Assembly (NCBI RefSeq): GCF_006345805.1
Contig: NC_043002.1
Span: forward strand, 43,710,001 to 43,774,000
From: Octopus sinensis
Lineage: Eukaryota
Length of the DNA: 64,000 nucleotides
Direction of reading: 5' to 3'
The translations under genes were made by a program, and so were the position numbers. Numbering within the stretch: the stretch's first letter is position 1; each line of letters begins with the position of its first letter. Shown in pieces: positions 36,089 to 49,432 of the stretch. The notes under the pieces were generated by a model. It was not told where the DNA came from and ran no database searches. It worked only from the letters and a program-made list of their open reading frames with translations.

Positions 36089-38727
36089 ATATATATCGTC
36101 AATGGATCATTTGTCTGAAAATGAAGCATACTCTAAAGAATAGAGCACTAATGTATTTACAAACAGTTAAATATATGTCCGGTCATAGAGTGACCAATGG
36201 TTTCACATTCATAAAGCTTTAGACCTTATAGAGGGCTTGTCAGACTCAATGGTAGATGCATATCCCTCTTCAAATTTTATGGATGTGAAACCATTGATCA
36301 CTCCATGACGACATATATTTGACAGCTTGTATGCATACATATATATATATAAAATACAAAATGGGACAAGAACGCAAAACATCCAGACAACCAGGTGATA
36401 CAAAAAGGGACAGCAAAACATCCAGATAGACAATACAAAGAAAACAAGAACGGGTCATTCGAAGTTTCGTATCTTCAGTCAAGAACCAGATTATCCTCAC
36501 AATTTCGGCTGATTATTCTTGAGATTGCTCCAATTTGGCCAGCCCCAAGGGAGCACTAAGCTAAGAGCATTAGATTCCTTGGAAGAAAGCTGCGAATGTA
36601 TACAAAAACAAGGATGGAAAAAATGGACAAAGTTACACAAATATAAATACAATAACAAAGTACAATAAAAAATAATTGCAGGACATCACAACAGGTGTCT
36701 TTCGACTAAGGACGCATTGAATGAAGCTGGCGCGTGTGGAAATGAAGCCTTACAGCAGAGATACAAAAATTTCACAAACACAGGGAAGAATATCGACGTT
36801 GCACGGACCGCGGTCAGACCATGAAAGAATGAGCAAGCAGGGTTGGCCGATCACTCATGTGGGAAGAGAAGAGAGAGAAGTAGAAGCAATAATATATATA
36901 TTTATATATATATATATATATATAATATTCATAACATTCAGATTTGGCAAAAGTGACTCATAGAATATGTATTAAAGTTGAAAAATAAGTACTGGGTATC
37001 TGTTTATTTGACTAAATACTTCAAGGTGCGCTCCATTGACTGAAGCAAGTAAAAGATATATATAACTGGCACCCTGTCGGTTACAATGATGAGGGTTCCA
37101 GTTGATCTGATCAACAGAACCGCCAGCTTGTGAAATTAACTGTGGCTGAGCACTCTGCAGATACATATACCCATAATGTAGTGGTTGAAAAGTAAACTTC
37201 TTTATTGCACAGCCACACCTACTATCCGCAAAACTATGCTGAGCATTAGGAAGGGCACCCTGCTTCGGATGCCCTTCCTAATACTGGTGCTTAAGAGAAA
37301 AGCAGCCACTACACTTTACAGAGTGTATTAGGTGCTTCTTTCTTGACACAGGTTCTAGCAAGATCATCAGATAGCTTGCAAGACTAAAATTCCTTTTGAT
37401 TGAATGGGACTAAAGTTTAAAAGGATGCTGCTTTATGTTTGGACATAAGAGGCTAAAATGTGAAAAGAAGGGACCAGAGCAGAACTGGTTTCATGACTAC
37501 TTGCAATATGCAATAGTGGGTGAGTGTAACTTGGTGTCAGCATGAACCTTTAAGGTGCAAGAAGGTGAATAGAAATGAATGGAGACAGACAATCAGGAAG
37601 GGTAAATGGGTATAGGTTGTGGGAATGTATGGGTAGAGTGGGAATGGACATAATGAATGGGTAACAAAAAGGCGTGCTCAATGATAAATATAAGTTGGAG
37701 GGGAATTTAAGTGAAAACAATAGAGTAGGGATGAGGGATGGATGTAAGTGAATGAGGAACAAAAGTGGAGGGATATGTATGAGTTGGAGAGTAGGCAAGA
37801 TACTGTTGGTGATGACTGACAGAGAAGGACATGAAGAGCAGAATAGTAATAGTAGTAATTTTTCTATTATAAGCACAAGGCCTGAAGTTTTGAGGGGAGG
37901 GTGCTAATCAATTACATTAACCCCAGGGGTCAACTGGTACTTATTTTATCAGCTCCAAAAGGATGAAAGGCAAAGTCGACCTTGGTGGCATTTGAACTCT
38001 GAACATAAAGATGGACAAGATACCACTAAGCATTTTGTCTGATGTGCTAACGATTCTGCCCGTTTGCCACTTTAATAATAATGATGATGATGATAATGAT
38101 TTCAAATTTTGGCACAAGGCTAGCAAGTTCAGTGAGCAGTACTAAACCGGTACACATTTTATTGACCCTGAAAAAAATGAAAGCGAAAATGGACCGCAGC
38201 GGGATTTGAGTGCAGAACATAAAGACAGATGAAATGCCACTGAGCATTCTGCCTGTTTGCTGGTTTAATAATAACGATAATACATTAACTGGGAAAGGAT
38301 GAGAGAAAGGGACTTGACCTGTGAGCATACAGGTTGCAAAAATGTATGGGGAGAGACAAACTTAGTATTGTGGGGAAGTGCTTCATAGGATCTTTCTCTC
38401 TCCTTCTCTCCCTCTCTCTCTCTCTCCCCTTGAGTATTATTGCTATGTAAATAATACCCTCAGGAGTTTAATTCCATGTTGAGCATTTTTCTGAGGTATT
38501 TACTACCTTGAAAGATGACTTTGAGTTTTGAGATCTGTGTGGATTATTTTTATTGTTATGTAGTTACTTGTGTACTCCAGATTAATTCCTATATGTTTTT
38601 CAGAATAGTGTAACTAGGACAACATTATACTGTGTGTCCTTCCTATTTTAAGTTGAAGAAGATGTGAATGCATGATTAATTCATTTTACATTATTTATTT
38701 TTCAATATTATATTTATTTTTACGTAG

Positions 38728-38796
38728 GTTATTAAAAGTACTGGCTTTATGCAAGGCTTGTACACTTCTGAAGAACAGAATTCAGATAATGTGAAG
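38728..38796 (+). CDS. TRAF3IP1: Coding exon 2 of IFT54/TRAF3IP1
   Basis: Pyrimidine-rich acceptor TTTATTTTTACGTAG, 69 nt encoding VIKSTGFMQGLYTSEEQNSDNVK (human [23 protein letters not shown]), donor AAG|GTAATG. In phase with exon 1. Confidence 0.95.
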
Positions 38797-39779
38797 GTAA
38801 TGAAATTTACGCTATCAATATTCCTGTATTTTCATATTGTATTACAACATACATATATTTGAGTGTGTGTGAATATGTTTATATTACCATTTTATGTTCA
38901 GTTTTTCTGGTGGCATAGGTTGGATAGGACCGTTCAAGGAGCTTCTTGCCACGTGTTGGGATAACTTGTAATCTTCTTCATAAGGTTCAGTATCTAGAGA
39001 TCAACCTTCACTACTTCTTCCCATATTTGTTTGTGTCGGCTTTCCTGTCAAGCTACTTCCTGTTGCATAGCTTCTTCCCTCAGGTTTATTATTATTTATC
39101 ATATCTTTTCAATCCTACCAACACAGTCTCCTCTCTTGCACACTATGGCTGATTTTTGCCCCCACTGTTTACTTAGATTTTGTTCTTTCTTGCATATATC
39201 CAGCATTTGCATATCCTTGTCATTTAGTGTCCATGTCTTGCTCCTCTGCAACTTCACACATCACTCTCAAGAATCATATGGTTGCTATGTTTCTGCATCA
39301 CCCAATTCCATTTATTGGAGTCGTTGCCAGTACCGCCAGACTGGCCTTTGTGCAGGTGGCATGTAAAAAGCACCCACTACACTCTCGGAGTGGTTGGCGT
39401 TAGGAAGGGCATCCAGCTGTAGAAACTCTGCCAGATCAGATTGGAGCCTGGCACAGCCATCTGGTTTGCCAGACCTCAGTCAAATCGTCCAACCCATGCT
39501 AGCATGGAAAGCGGACGTTAAAGGATGATGATGATCTAGGTAACAGAATTTGTTACTTAATTCCAGTGAACCTTCTGGACTGTTAAAAGATTGTATTCTA
39601 AGGGTATCCTTATTACTAACTACTTCTGTGTATCTGTTATGTATGTGGCTCTTATTCTGTCGGCTACCTTAGAGACCACTGTATTTGTTGTGTATGTCAA
39701 ATTGTATGAAACTGATTGTCAGTGAGAATGACAATGCTATGCTAATGAAGCCGAAATAAACATCCAACCAATATATTCA

Positions 39780-40090
39780 AACTAAATTTCTTAACACAAA
39801 ACTGAATCTGACCAAAGGTTAACAATACAGTTATTGAAAACTGAACAATGTACCAATTTATATAATAATATTTCAACCATCCTCCTTCCACAATAAAAAT
39901 CCTGGACTGCGACATGCACCAAACTGTCCTTACAGTACTTTTCAACAAAGCAATAGTCGACCAGGCAGCACCATTCCATAATGAAGTCCAAAAAAATGTG
40001 CTGAAAGGAAAATTAGAACATATCCAAACCAACACAAATCATAAATGAAATGGGACCATAAACAGAAATATCATTTGGTTCAACCATTGG
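39780..40090 (+). mobile_element. Degenerate PLE linker fragment
   Basis: Ends in AGAAATATCATTTGGTTCAACC = RNIIWFN(P), the PLE RT-endonuclease linker motif. Confidence 0.5.
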
Positions 40091-40099
40091 TAATGTTTG

Positions 40100-41540
40100 T
40101 GATCAAACTGCTTTTCATACACAAGCTTCATACATTCTGCCTTTCACCCTGAGTGAAAGACCTTTTGTAACCAACAGAAGTAAAAGCTCTCTGAGCTGTC
40201 TGTATCTTGTTCTTACTGTCACAGTGTCGCAACTATACGTTCAGAACATCCTCCTCTCCTGCTAGTTAGGTTGTGTAGGTATCAGAAACTGTCTTCTACC
40301 TCTAGGGAATCACATAGGTATTCAAAAATTTTGCTGTCATACATTGTTATTGCTTATTGTTTCAGAACATCTGTTGCATACAAAATCTATTTCCTCTGTG
40401 AACTTACCTGCAATTCTACTGCACTTCTTGTATATCTGTAGTTTGCAAGAAAGTTATGTATGTGTGCAAGAAATACTTGGTGGACTGTATGGAATTTCTG
40501 CCTACACCTTTCCTGCATATTGAGCAGGGCCATTTTTCTGAAGTAGGTAGATGTTTTCTTGCTTACTAGAACTTTAGTCTTTACTAAATTAACTTTAAGG
40601 CCTTCCATGTTTTTCTCCCACACCTGACATTTCTTTCCAATTCTACTACAGATTCTGCTATAAAAATTAGGTCACCAGTATATAGTAGTTGCCAAGACAG
40701 TCGTCCTTAAATTCCTCTGTTATAGCCTGGAAGGTAATTAATTTTTGTAAACCAGTATATAGCTTTCGTAAATGACAAGCAGATACAAAACATTCATTAA
40801 CTTGGCCTTTGGAAAGTTATAACTTATCATCCTAAATAGACAATAAGTAAAATTAAAAAGAACAAAACATGCCAATACAATGGCAAAGCTGATCAATAGA
40901 AAAAGGACAATTAATTAATTAATTGGCAAATTCTCGAAAAAAGCAGTTTATCTGATGATTGCAGTGTGGAGAAGATAAAATTTACACATACTTTATTCAC
41001 TTTATTGAGTGCTCTCCACACCTCTCTCTCTGTTTGAAGAAAAGGAGAGAATGAGAAAATAGCTAGATAGATAAAAAGTTATAACTTAATTTATTAAGCA
41101 GGGAGTAAGCATAGATGAGAGGCAGTTTGGTTTTGTGCCAAGCAGAAACACTACTAATTCTCTCTTTCTAGTAAGGTAAGCTGTGAGAGAAGTATTTAGC
41201 TAAAAGTAAACCACTGTACTTGGCTTTTTTTGACTTGGAGAAAGCCTTTGACAAGGTCCTTTGCTATCCAAACCATGTACAGAAGTGTCGTCAGTAAGAT
41301 TGGTTAGTAATGATTACAACAGTGAAGTTCAGGACTCTGTTCTCAGTTCTCTTTACTTATTGTGGACTTCCAGGCTGTAAAAGGAATTTAAGACTGGTTG
41401 CCCTTAAGAACTTCTCCATGCTGATGACCTTGTTTTTATAGGTGAATCTTTAGTAGAATTGAAGAAGAAATTTCGAGTTTGGAAGCAAAATCTATAATTA
41501 AAGGGCCTTAAAGTAAACTCAGCAAAGTTTTTGTAAGCAG
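40100..41540. mobile_element. Degenerate RTE LINE RT fragments (about 40100-40720 -, about 41090-41540 +)
   Basis: EGLKVNLVKTKVLVS; ERQFGFVP; HADDLVFIGESLVELKKKFRVWKQNL..KGLKVN. Confidence 0.6.
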
Positions 41541-43974
41541 GAAGACAGACAGCTTGGCAGGACTCAGATTTCAGCTGCACGACCTTATAGAGAGGTGTTG
41601 CATGGAAACACTAGAAATCCCAAGGTGTAAAACTGGACTCATTAATAAGCGTAAGTTGTCGATCTGTTGTTCACACCAATTAGGTAAAACGTTTTTAAAA
41701 ATTCCAATTAGTTAACTTACATAAAATTAGGAATACAGTGTTATTAATTACATTTCAATTCTCCATGTTACCATAACTCTTCACTAATCTTTCTTCATAC
41801 TTAAAGTCTTGTAACCCCTTTTAATCAATTCCTAAATTTTTACTACCTCCTATTGTACTAATTATCTTATCTGTAGTCATCTCATTCCTAATTAACTTAA
41901 TATTTCACATTTACCCTGGTAATAAATTTTCATAATATATATGTGTGTGCATATATAAAAGAGACTTTGTATGTGTGTGTGTTCATATAGGCATAGGAGT
42001 GGTTGTGTGGTAAGTAGCTTGCTTATCACCCACATGGTTCTGGGTTCAGTCCCACTGCATGGCACCTTGGACAAGTGTCTTCTACTATAACCTCAGGCTG
42101 ACCAAGGCCTTGTGAGTGAATTTGGTAGACGGAAACTGAAAGAAGCCTGTCGTGTATATGTATGTGTGTATGTTCGTGTGTCTGTGTTTGTCCCCCCAAC
42201 ATCGCTTGACAACCAATGCTGGTGTGTTTACGTCCCCGTAAGTAAGCGGTTCGGCAAAAGAGACCGATATAATAAGTACTAGGCTTACAAAGAATAAGTC
42301 CTGGGGTCGATTTGCTCGACTAAAGGTAGTGCTCCAGCATGGCCACAGTCAAATAACTGAAACAAGTAAAAGAGAGTATATGTTCCTTATGCATTCCAAA
42401 ACCGAGGAACCGATTTTGACGTATGCGGTTTCAAAAGATTCACTACTATTTCGGCTACCAATTAAACTTTATTTTCATTGGCATATTTGCATTACAAAAA
42501 TTTGAAATTATAATCTTTTCCATAAGTCAACTGTCGTAAACATTTTATATGACAACGACAGCCTCGTCTGGCACCTGTGTCGGTGGCACATAAAATCACC
42601 CACTACACTCTCGGAGTGGTTGGCATTAGGAAGGGCATCCAGCTGTAGAAACACTGCCAGATCTGACTGGCCTGGTGCAGCCTTCGGGCTCCCCAGACCC
42701 CAGTTGAACCGTCCAACCCATGCTAGCATGGAAAGCGGACGTTAAACGATGATGATGATGACGTCACATTTTCTATATGAGTGTGTACTTTAAAAGAAAT
42801 CCTTCATTACAACACACGCCTTCACTCACTCACTCTGTTTCTCTTTCTCTCTCTCGTACATACGCATACACACACACACTTACCCATTTCATATACACGT
42901 ACATACATCTTTCACTTTCTGCTCTCTCTCTCCCTTTTTCTCTTTCCTTTCAATTCCTGCTCTATTCAAAGCATAAAGAAATAAATTTTTACGGAATGAC
43001 CAAGTGAAATGCAGAATAAGAATAAGACAGAGAGACAAGATAAAGAAACAAAACAAAAAACAAGTTTCTATAGAAGTTGAAAGAAGGACAGCAGATGAGA
43101 GACAGACGCTGATGTTTCATACCCTATGTATGTTCCATAGTTAAAAGTGAAAAAAGCCGGCACAAAGAGAGGGGGAAAGCGGGAGAGAAAGGGTCGCTGA
43201 CAACTGCAGAACTGAGGTCGTGTCATACAAATTTTCAGGTTATTTTCACTTTCATCCCATGTTTCATGCATGTGTAGAATTAGGCATTATCTCTCTCTTT
43301 CAATTTCTGATTGAAATGTAAGCAGACCTCATCATACTGCCAACAAATCACAACTTCCACTAATTAATTGGAATTAAGAAAGGTATGCAAAAATAACTTC
43401 CTTTGATGCACACACACACACACACACACAGTTACAGTCCCACTTACTTTTTTTTTTTTCCTCAATTTCCTCATATTCCTATGTTTTCCATACAGGACAT
43501 TTGCATTTCGCCCAAAGTGGGTAGCTGATGAGAGGCCAAGGTGGGGGAAAGGGCATTCAGTATTTCTTTCAGCAAAATTAAACTTTCAAAAACAAAGTAT
43601 ATTTCCCACATTTGTAATCTCTGTTCTTCCATGTGGATTACAAACAAAATTTGAAAAACTGTTAAAAATTAGGAAATTTCAGTGGGGTTGGGGAAATTAT
43701 AATTTTGAAAATGTGATTTCTGGGCAAAATCATATTAACCCCTTTGGTGGAACTGGAGAACAGTCACCCCCATCCTTTCCACAAGAAGCAGAAGAGGATG
43801 CGTTCTAGTTTGGTGATGGTAGGGTCGGAACAAGGCATGATGGTCATGCGGTAGTAGATGATGGAAGTGATGTACATGTTCACCACACACATATATATAT
43901 ATATCAATGTAATACTTGTATGCATGTGTATTTTTATATATATTTATATATATATGTATATGTGTGTGTGATGG

Positions 43975-45110
43975 TCACCTGAAAAATTCATAGATACTAT
44001 CATGGAATGTGCCCAAACGAGGTTTATTTTTCAACATAGTACCCCCTTGCAATCTACACACTTATTCCATCGATGTTGTCATGCTTGGATTCCATTGGTG
44101 ACACAGCTTTCATTCTGTTAGTCAAAAAAGTCATCAACAGCAGAATATGACATCATCATCACTGCGATACTGGTTCCCTGCCAAGTGCTTTTGCATGTTG
44201 GAGAACAGATGATAGTCAATTGGAGCCAAATCAAAAGAATAGGGAAGTTGATCAATCAGTTCAAAGTCACAGTCACACGCAGCAGCCATTGCAACCAAGG
44301 AATTGTGTACTGGAGCAATGCCCTAATGAAACAAAACCCATTTTGTGAGCTTTCCTGGGTGTTTGATCTTGATAGTCTTTTGTAACTGCCTCAGCAAGTT
44401 GGCATAGTACTTTCTATTGATAATCAATAAACACAATGCCCTTTGCATCCCCAAAAAGCGAGGCCATCACCTTTCCTGCAGATGAAATGACTTTGGACTT
44501 CTTTGGAACGGGTGAGGAGGAGTGTTTCCACTGCATGGATTGTTTCTTTGTCTCTTGCTCAAAGTGATGAACCCAACACTTACCCAGGGTTAGGAAATGT
44601 TCAAGGAAACCAGCTGGACCTGCCTCAAACAATGTTACATTTTCCCTTGATGTGATCAGCTTGGTGCACTTTTGATCAGGTATCTGAAGACATGACCTAG
44701 GTGAGCAACAACCTTTGTCATGCCAAGTTCATTGTGCAAAGTATTCTATTGGCTTTTTGATTTATAGCCTGTCATCTATCACCATGTGATGAATGCAATC
44801 AATGTTTTCCTTGGTGGTGGCAGTTGCAGGCTGTCCAAATCATGGGTCAAGCCTTTCCATTCCCCTTCTAAATTCAGCTGCCCACTTTTGCACTGTTGAT
44901 AAAGCTAGAGAATTATCCCCTAATTTAGCATCTATGTCAGCATGTGTGCCCTTAGAGGCTAAACCCTTTTATGACAGGTACCTGATAATACCACAATGCC
45001 AAATTTTGTCCGTTTTCAAGGGAAGTTGCTATGTGTTACTTGTGAAGTATTCTTTGAACAGTTTGATGTCAGTTTACCTGGAATGAAACAGTGCAGTTAT
45101 TAATAAGAAG
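43975..45110 (-). mobile_element. Degenerate mariner transposon
   Basis: WVHHFEQETKKQSMQWKHSSSPVPKK...SAGKVMASLFGDAKGIVFIDY. Confidence 0.8.
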
Positions 45111-45179
45111 AACTGAAATTTATGTATACAAGATTTCAAAGCTCTAGCTTCCCTCCTTCATAGTCCACCTGTGAACATT

Positions 45180-45790
45180 TCAGGCTGCCCTCAGGTCTGG
45201 TCATATTGTTTGAATGGCAGATGAATGCACTCCCAAACAGCTGTTTTATGGGAAACTTGCAGAGAGGAAATGCAATCAGTGTAAACCTAAAAAGAGGTTT
45301 AAAGATGGCATAAGGACTACCATGAAGTCACTTGGAATGGATCCAAAGGCCATAGGAACCCTTGCTTCTGATGGAGCTGGATGGCGAACAAAATTGTGGG
45401 GTGAAAGCTTCTGAGGAGGCCAGGATGACGCATGTAAGACTCCAGAGAGATTTAAAGAAGAACGTTGTGATTGAGAAGGTGAATCTCAGTGGCTTTTTGT
45501 GTGTATAGTTTGTTGCAGAACATGCCTTTCTTTTGCTGATTTCAAATCTCATTTGCACACCCATGAAAAGCGAACCACCAACTACTCTGCCGATATATCT
45601 GTGTGCACCTTTCAATATGCCATATGATCTGCAAATCTAACGGAGACCTCAAAAGACATTTTAAGATCCACAAAGATCAGAACTTAGCTGCAACTCTTGG
45701 TTGTCCAAATCAGACATGCAATTTATGTGGGTGTCTTTTCAATACATTGTTCAGTTTAAAAAACCACATCAGATGCCATGATGGATCTAA
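45180..45790 (+). mobile_element. RTE LINE C-terminus with C2H2 zinc-finger-like extension
   Basis: MADECTPKQLFYGKL...KPKKRFKD...GWR, followed by CHMICKSNGDLKRHFKIH and CNLCGCLFNTLFSLKNHIRCH. Confidence 0.65.
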
Positions 45791-45846
45791 GGTGTATGTA
45801 CTAGTGGTGGTCAGACTCTGCATAAGGAGTAGACAACCACCATGTG

Positions 45847-45897
<51 letters not shown>

Positions 45898-46076
45898 CCT
45901 CGCCTGGCCCCTATGCTGGTGGCTCGTAAAAAGAGTGGTTGGCGTTAGGAAGGGTATCCAGCTGTAGAAACACTGCCAGATCAGACTGGAGCCTGGTGCA
46001 GCCTCCTGGCTTCCCAGATCCCAGTCAAACCATCCAACCCATGCTAGCATGGAAAACGGACGTTAAACGATGATGA

Positions 46077-46120
<44 letters not shown>

Positions 46121-46338
46121 GTTTGTGTGTGTGTGTATTTATATCATAAACTTGCTCTCTATAAAATGAAGGATCCTTTCTTAAAATTTAATAAAATTGT
46201 ATAAGCTTGACACTTTATTGCTTGGAACTCCAAAGATATATTCATGGAATTTTTAGATTCCTTGGAACCCACTTCTTCCAGAAACACTAGACTTCAGTTA
46301 TATCTTACTGTGTTATCTATCAAATTCACTGTGTAGAC

Positions 46339-48972
46339 AAGTGATTCTCAACAAGGGGCCATATGACCTTTGGTGGGTTCCACATAAGATTTCATTGTTA
46401 ATATTTATCTATATCTATAAAACTCAACATATCTGTGTATGTGTATGCTTTTTATGCGTTTTTACATTTTTTTATCCGATTTTAATAAAATTTTTTTATT
46501 AAATGGCAAATTTACCCGAGCAGGTCACTGCTGTATTACCGGTACCTAGAGATACTCGCTTCTAGGAGAAAAATCGATAAAACTGAAGGGACCCCCTCCC
46601 CCACTTGTTGCAAAAGAAGACAAAAGTTGCATGCGAGAAAAGTTTTTACAGGAATGTCCGATTTTTATAATTTTGGTGTCAAAAGAACTGACATGTGACA
46701 TTTCAGACATATTTTGGCACTGCCTTGAGGCCTCTGATTCCCAAGAAAATTCGAAAAACTTTGAAAAAATCGATTTTTCGCATTTTTGCAAAGTTACACG
46801 GTAGAAAACTTTTTACTGGAAAGTCCGATTTCCTTGGTTTTTACTGCTAAAAATCACCATGTAACTGCAGTTCTATCAAGTATCTGTTCTATGTCCAAAG
46901 ACATCCCTGTCTAACAAAAAAAAAAAACATGAAAAACTGAAAAAAATCGATTTTATACACTTTTTTCCCTTTTAAATCTTCAAAAACTTCTCTTTTCTTT
47001 GGTAGATTGTGCTCAAACGTTACCCTCTCTTTACTCATCCTAAGGGTATTGTTAGGAGACTCCGATTTGCGCAGAATTCATCCACGTATGACTAACAATT
47101 GCGCAAACTGAGTAGAAAATCAGTTTTTTTCCTTAAATCCCTCATTTTTGACTGAACACAAGGGCCCAGCTTTTCGGCAACAACTTATTGGGTGACTTCT
47201 CCTAGCAACTTCTCACTGTTGGTGATGGCACAGCTCCCTCCGATGCAGCTGGAGAGATGGCTGTCTCACACATAGACACACCTGTGGACACTGTGGACAA
47301 CCTTACAACCGCTGTTTTTCCCGATCTGCCCATAAAGTACCAAAACCTGAATTAGCTGTGCAAAAGTGCCATATCAGCTCCCAAAGACACTTTTGTTGCG
47401 AAACTCACTGAAGACCTACAGGGATGCCTTCCTGTTGTGGACCAAGAAGAGGCTGTTAATTTTCCCACATAATTCCTCACTTCCTTGGACTCCTCCGGAC
47501 TACTGCCTCATCAATTGCATCTCAAAATTGGAGCTCCAGTCATGCTGCTGAGGAACCTGGAGTCACCACGTCTGTGCAATGGAATGTGGTTAGTGGTAAC
47601 AAATGTGCTGCCTCATGTTACTGAAGCAACAATTCTTATGAGTTACAGAATCGGAGATGTCTTTATACCCAGGATACTTCTTATTCCATCAGATGAGCAA
47701 TGTTCTTGAACTTTGCATTGACTTCAGTTCCCTTTTCGACTTTGCTTTGCTATGTCCATCAACAAGTCCCAAGGCCAAACACTAACAATAGCAGGCCTCA
47801 ATTTAGGCCAACCATGCTTCTCACACAGCCAATTATACATTGGATGCAAAAAAACCTTTTCGTGTTTGCTCCGAAAGCCAAAACGAAAAATGTCATCTAC
47901 CATGAGGTGCTGTAGGCCGTCCAACATGCCACTGAACTAGTTTATGGTGAGTGAGTACTATTGTTGCCATTCTTTCAAAATTACCTGTTTTTCATAAGTC
48001 TTTTTTATATATTTTGTCTGCTACAGCTTCTCTGTCTCCTTGCAAATGGCTTGAGTTTTGGCATCACTGCACCCACTACTTTTCATGTGAACGAAAAAGG
48101 ACATTTATACCTGTGAATGGTTAACAATCCTTTTCAGGGCCATTGTGAGAACGATAACTCGGCCCTTTTCAGGGCCACTTTACATTCAGTTGTTGCACCC
48201 CCTGCAATGCTCTTGTGACTTCTCCAAGGCTTTTCACCCTGTTGTTACTACTTTATTTATGGTCTGTGAAAAAAATCACTTCTTCCTCAATGTCAGTGTT
48301 TGCAACTTAACGCAAAAAATATTCAAAGTGATGTGCAACAAAAAAAAATTGGTAGAACCCATTAAGACGATTGCTGAGTATTTTATACCTGAGCAATACT
48401 GGGTACTTCTGCTAGTGTGTAATAAATTGGTTACACTTCTACTATACACAAAATATTTTAACAATTCTTTTTATACAATTTCTTATATTCTTTACTCTTT
48501 TACTTGTTTCAGTCATTTGACTGTAGCCATGCTGGAGCACCACCTTTAGTCGAGCAAATCGACCCCAGGACTTATTCTTTGTAAGCCTAGTACTTATTCT
48601 ATCGGTCTCTTTTTGCCGAACCACTAAGTTATGGAGACATAAACACACCATTGTCGGTTGTCAAGCGATGTTGGGGGGACAAACACAGACACACAAACAT
48701 ATACACACACACACACACATATATATACGATAGGCTTCTTTCAGTTTCCGCCTACCAAATCCACTCACAAGGCTTTGGTCGGCCTGAGGCTATAGCAGAA
48801 GACACTTGCCCAAGGTGCCACGCAGTGGGACTGAACCCGGAACCATGTGGTTGGTAAGCAAGCTACTTACCACACAGCCAGGATTTTAAAAATATGAATT
48901 GGCTATGAGGGTCCACCCAAGTAAAATAGGAATCACAGGGGTCCATATGTAAAAGATGGTTGAGAACCACTG
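46339..48972. mobile_element. hAT (Charlie-type) non-autonomous element carrying nested Helitron and SINE insertions
   Basis: Ends AAGTGATTCTCAAC / GTTGAGAACCACTG; 8-bp TSD GTGTAGAC (46331-46338) and GTGTAGAT (48973-48980). Confidence 0.7.
47160..47940 (+). mobile_element. Helitron 3' part: degenerate PIF1-type helicase C-terminus and CTAG terminus
   Basis: [53 protein letters not shown]; ends CTAG|T at 47940. Confidence 0.85.
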
Positions 48973-49369
48973 GTGTAGATGATCACATGTATGGCAGGAA
49001 AAACGGTGCATAATTCTGTACAAAACAATGCATGTACATTCACACACACATACACACAATTTTCAACTGTTTTATTTTATCCTATCTCTTTACCTTTCTG
49101 ACCTTTCTTCCGTTAGATAAATGCTGTATACACATACACTCAAACATTTCCAACCTTCTGTTCCACCCCCACCCCCATTCTCTCTCCCTCCTCGTCCATT
49201 CTCTTTCTATATGGTTGTAATACTGTTTCTCTCATTAGAGCTGCAACCAAAGCTTAATCAAACTTGTTTATCAATGTTGTTTACAGTAAAGTAGTCCCCG
49301 TCATTGATTTCTGAAACTGATTATAACATATATGCCTGAGCATTGTGGTGTGTCTGAAGGGATAAGGAT

Positions 49370-49432
<63 letters not shown>

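Noticed and set aside
36455-36490. Minus-strand CTGAAGA-TAC-GAAAC minimal core
   Set aside because: No helix II, helix I or cleavage triplet.
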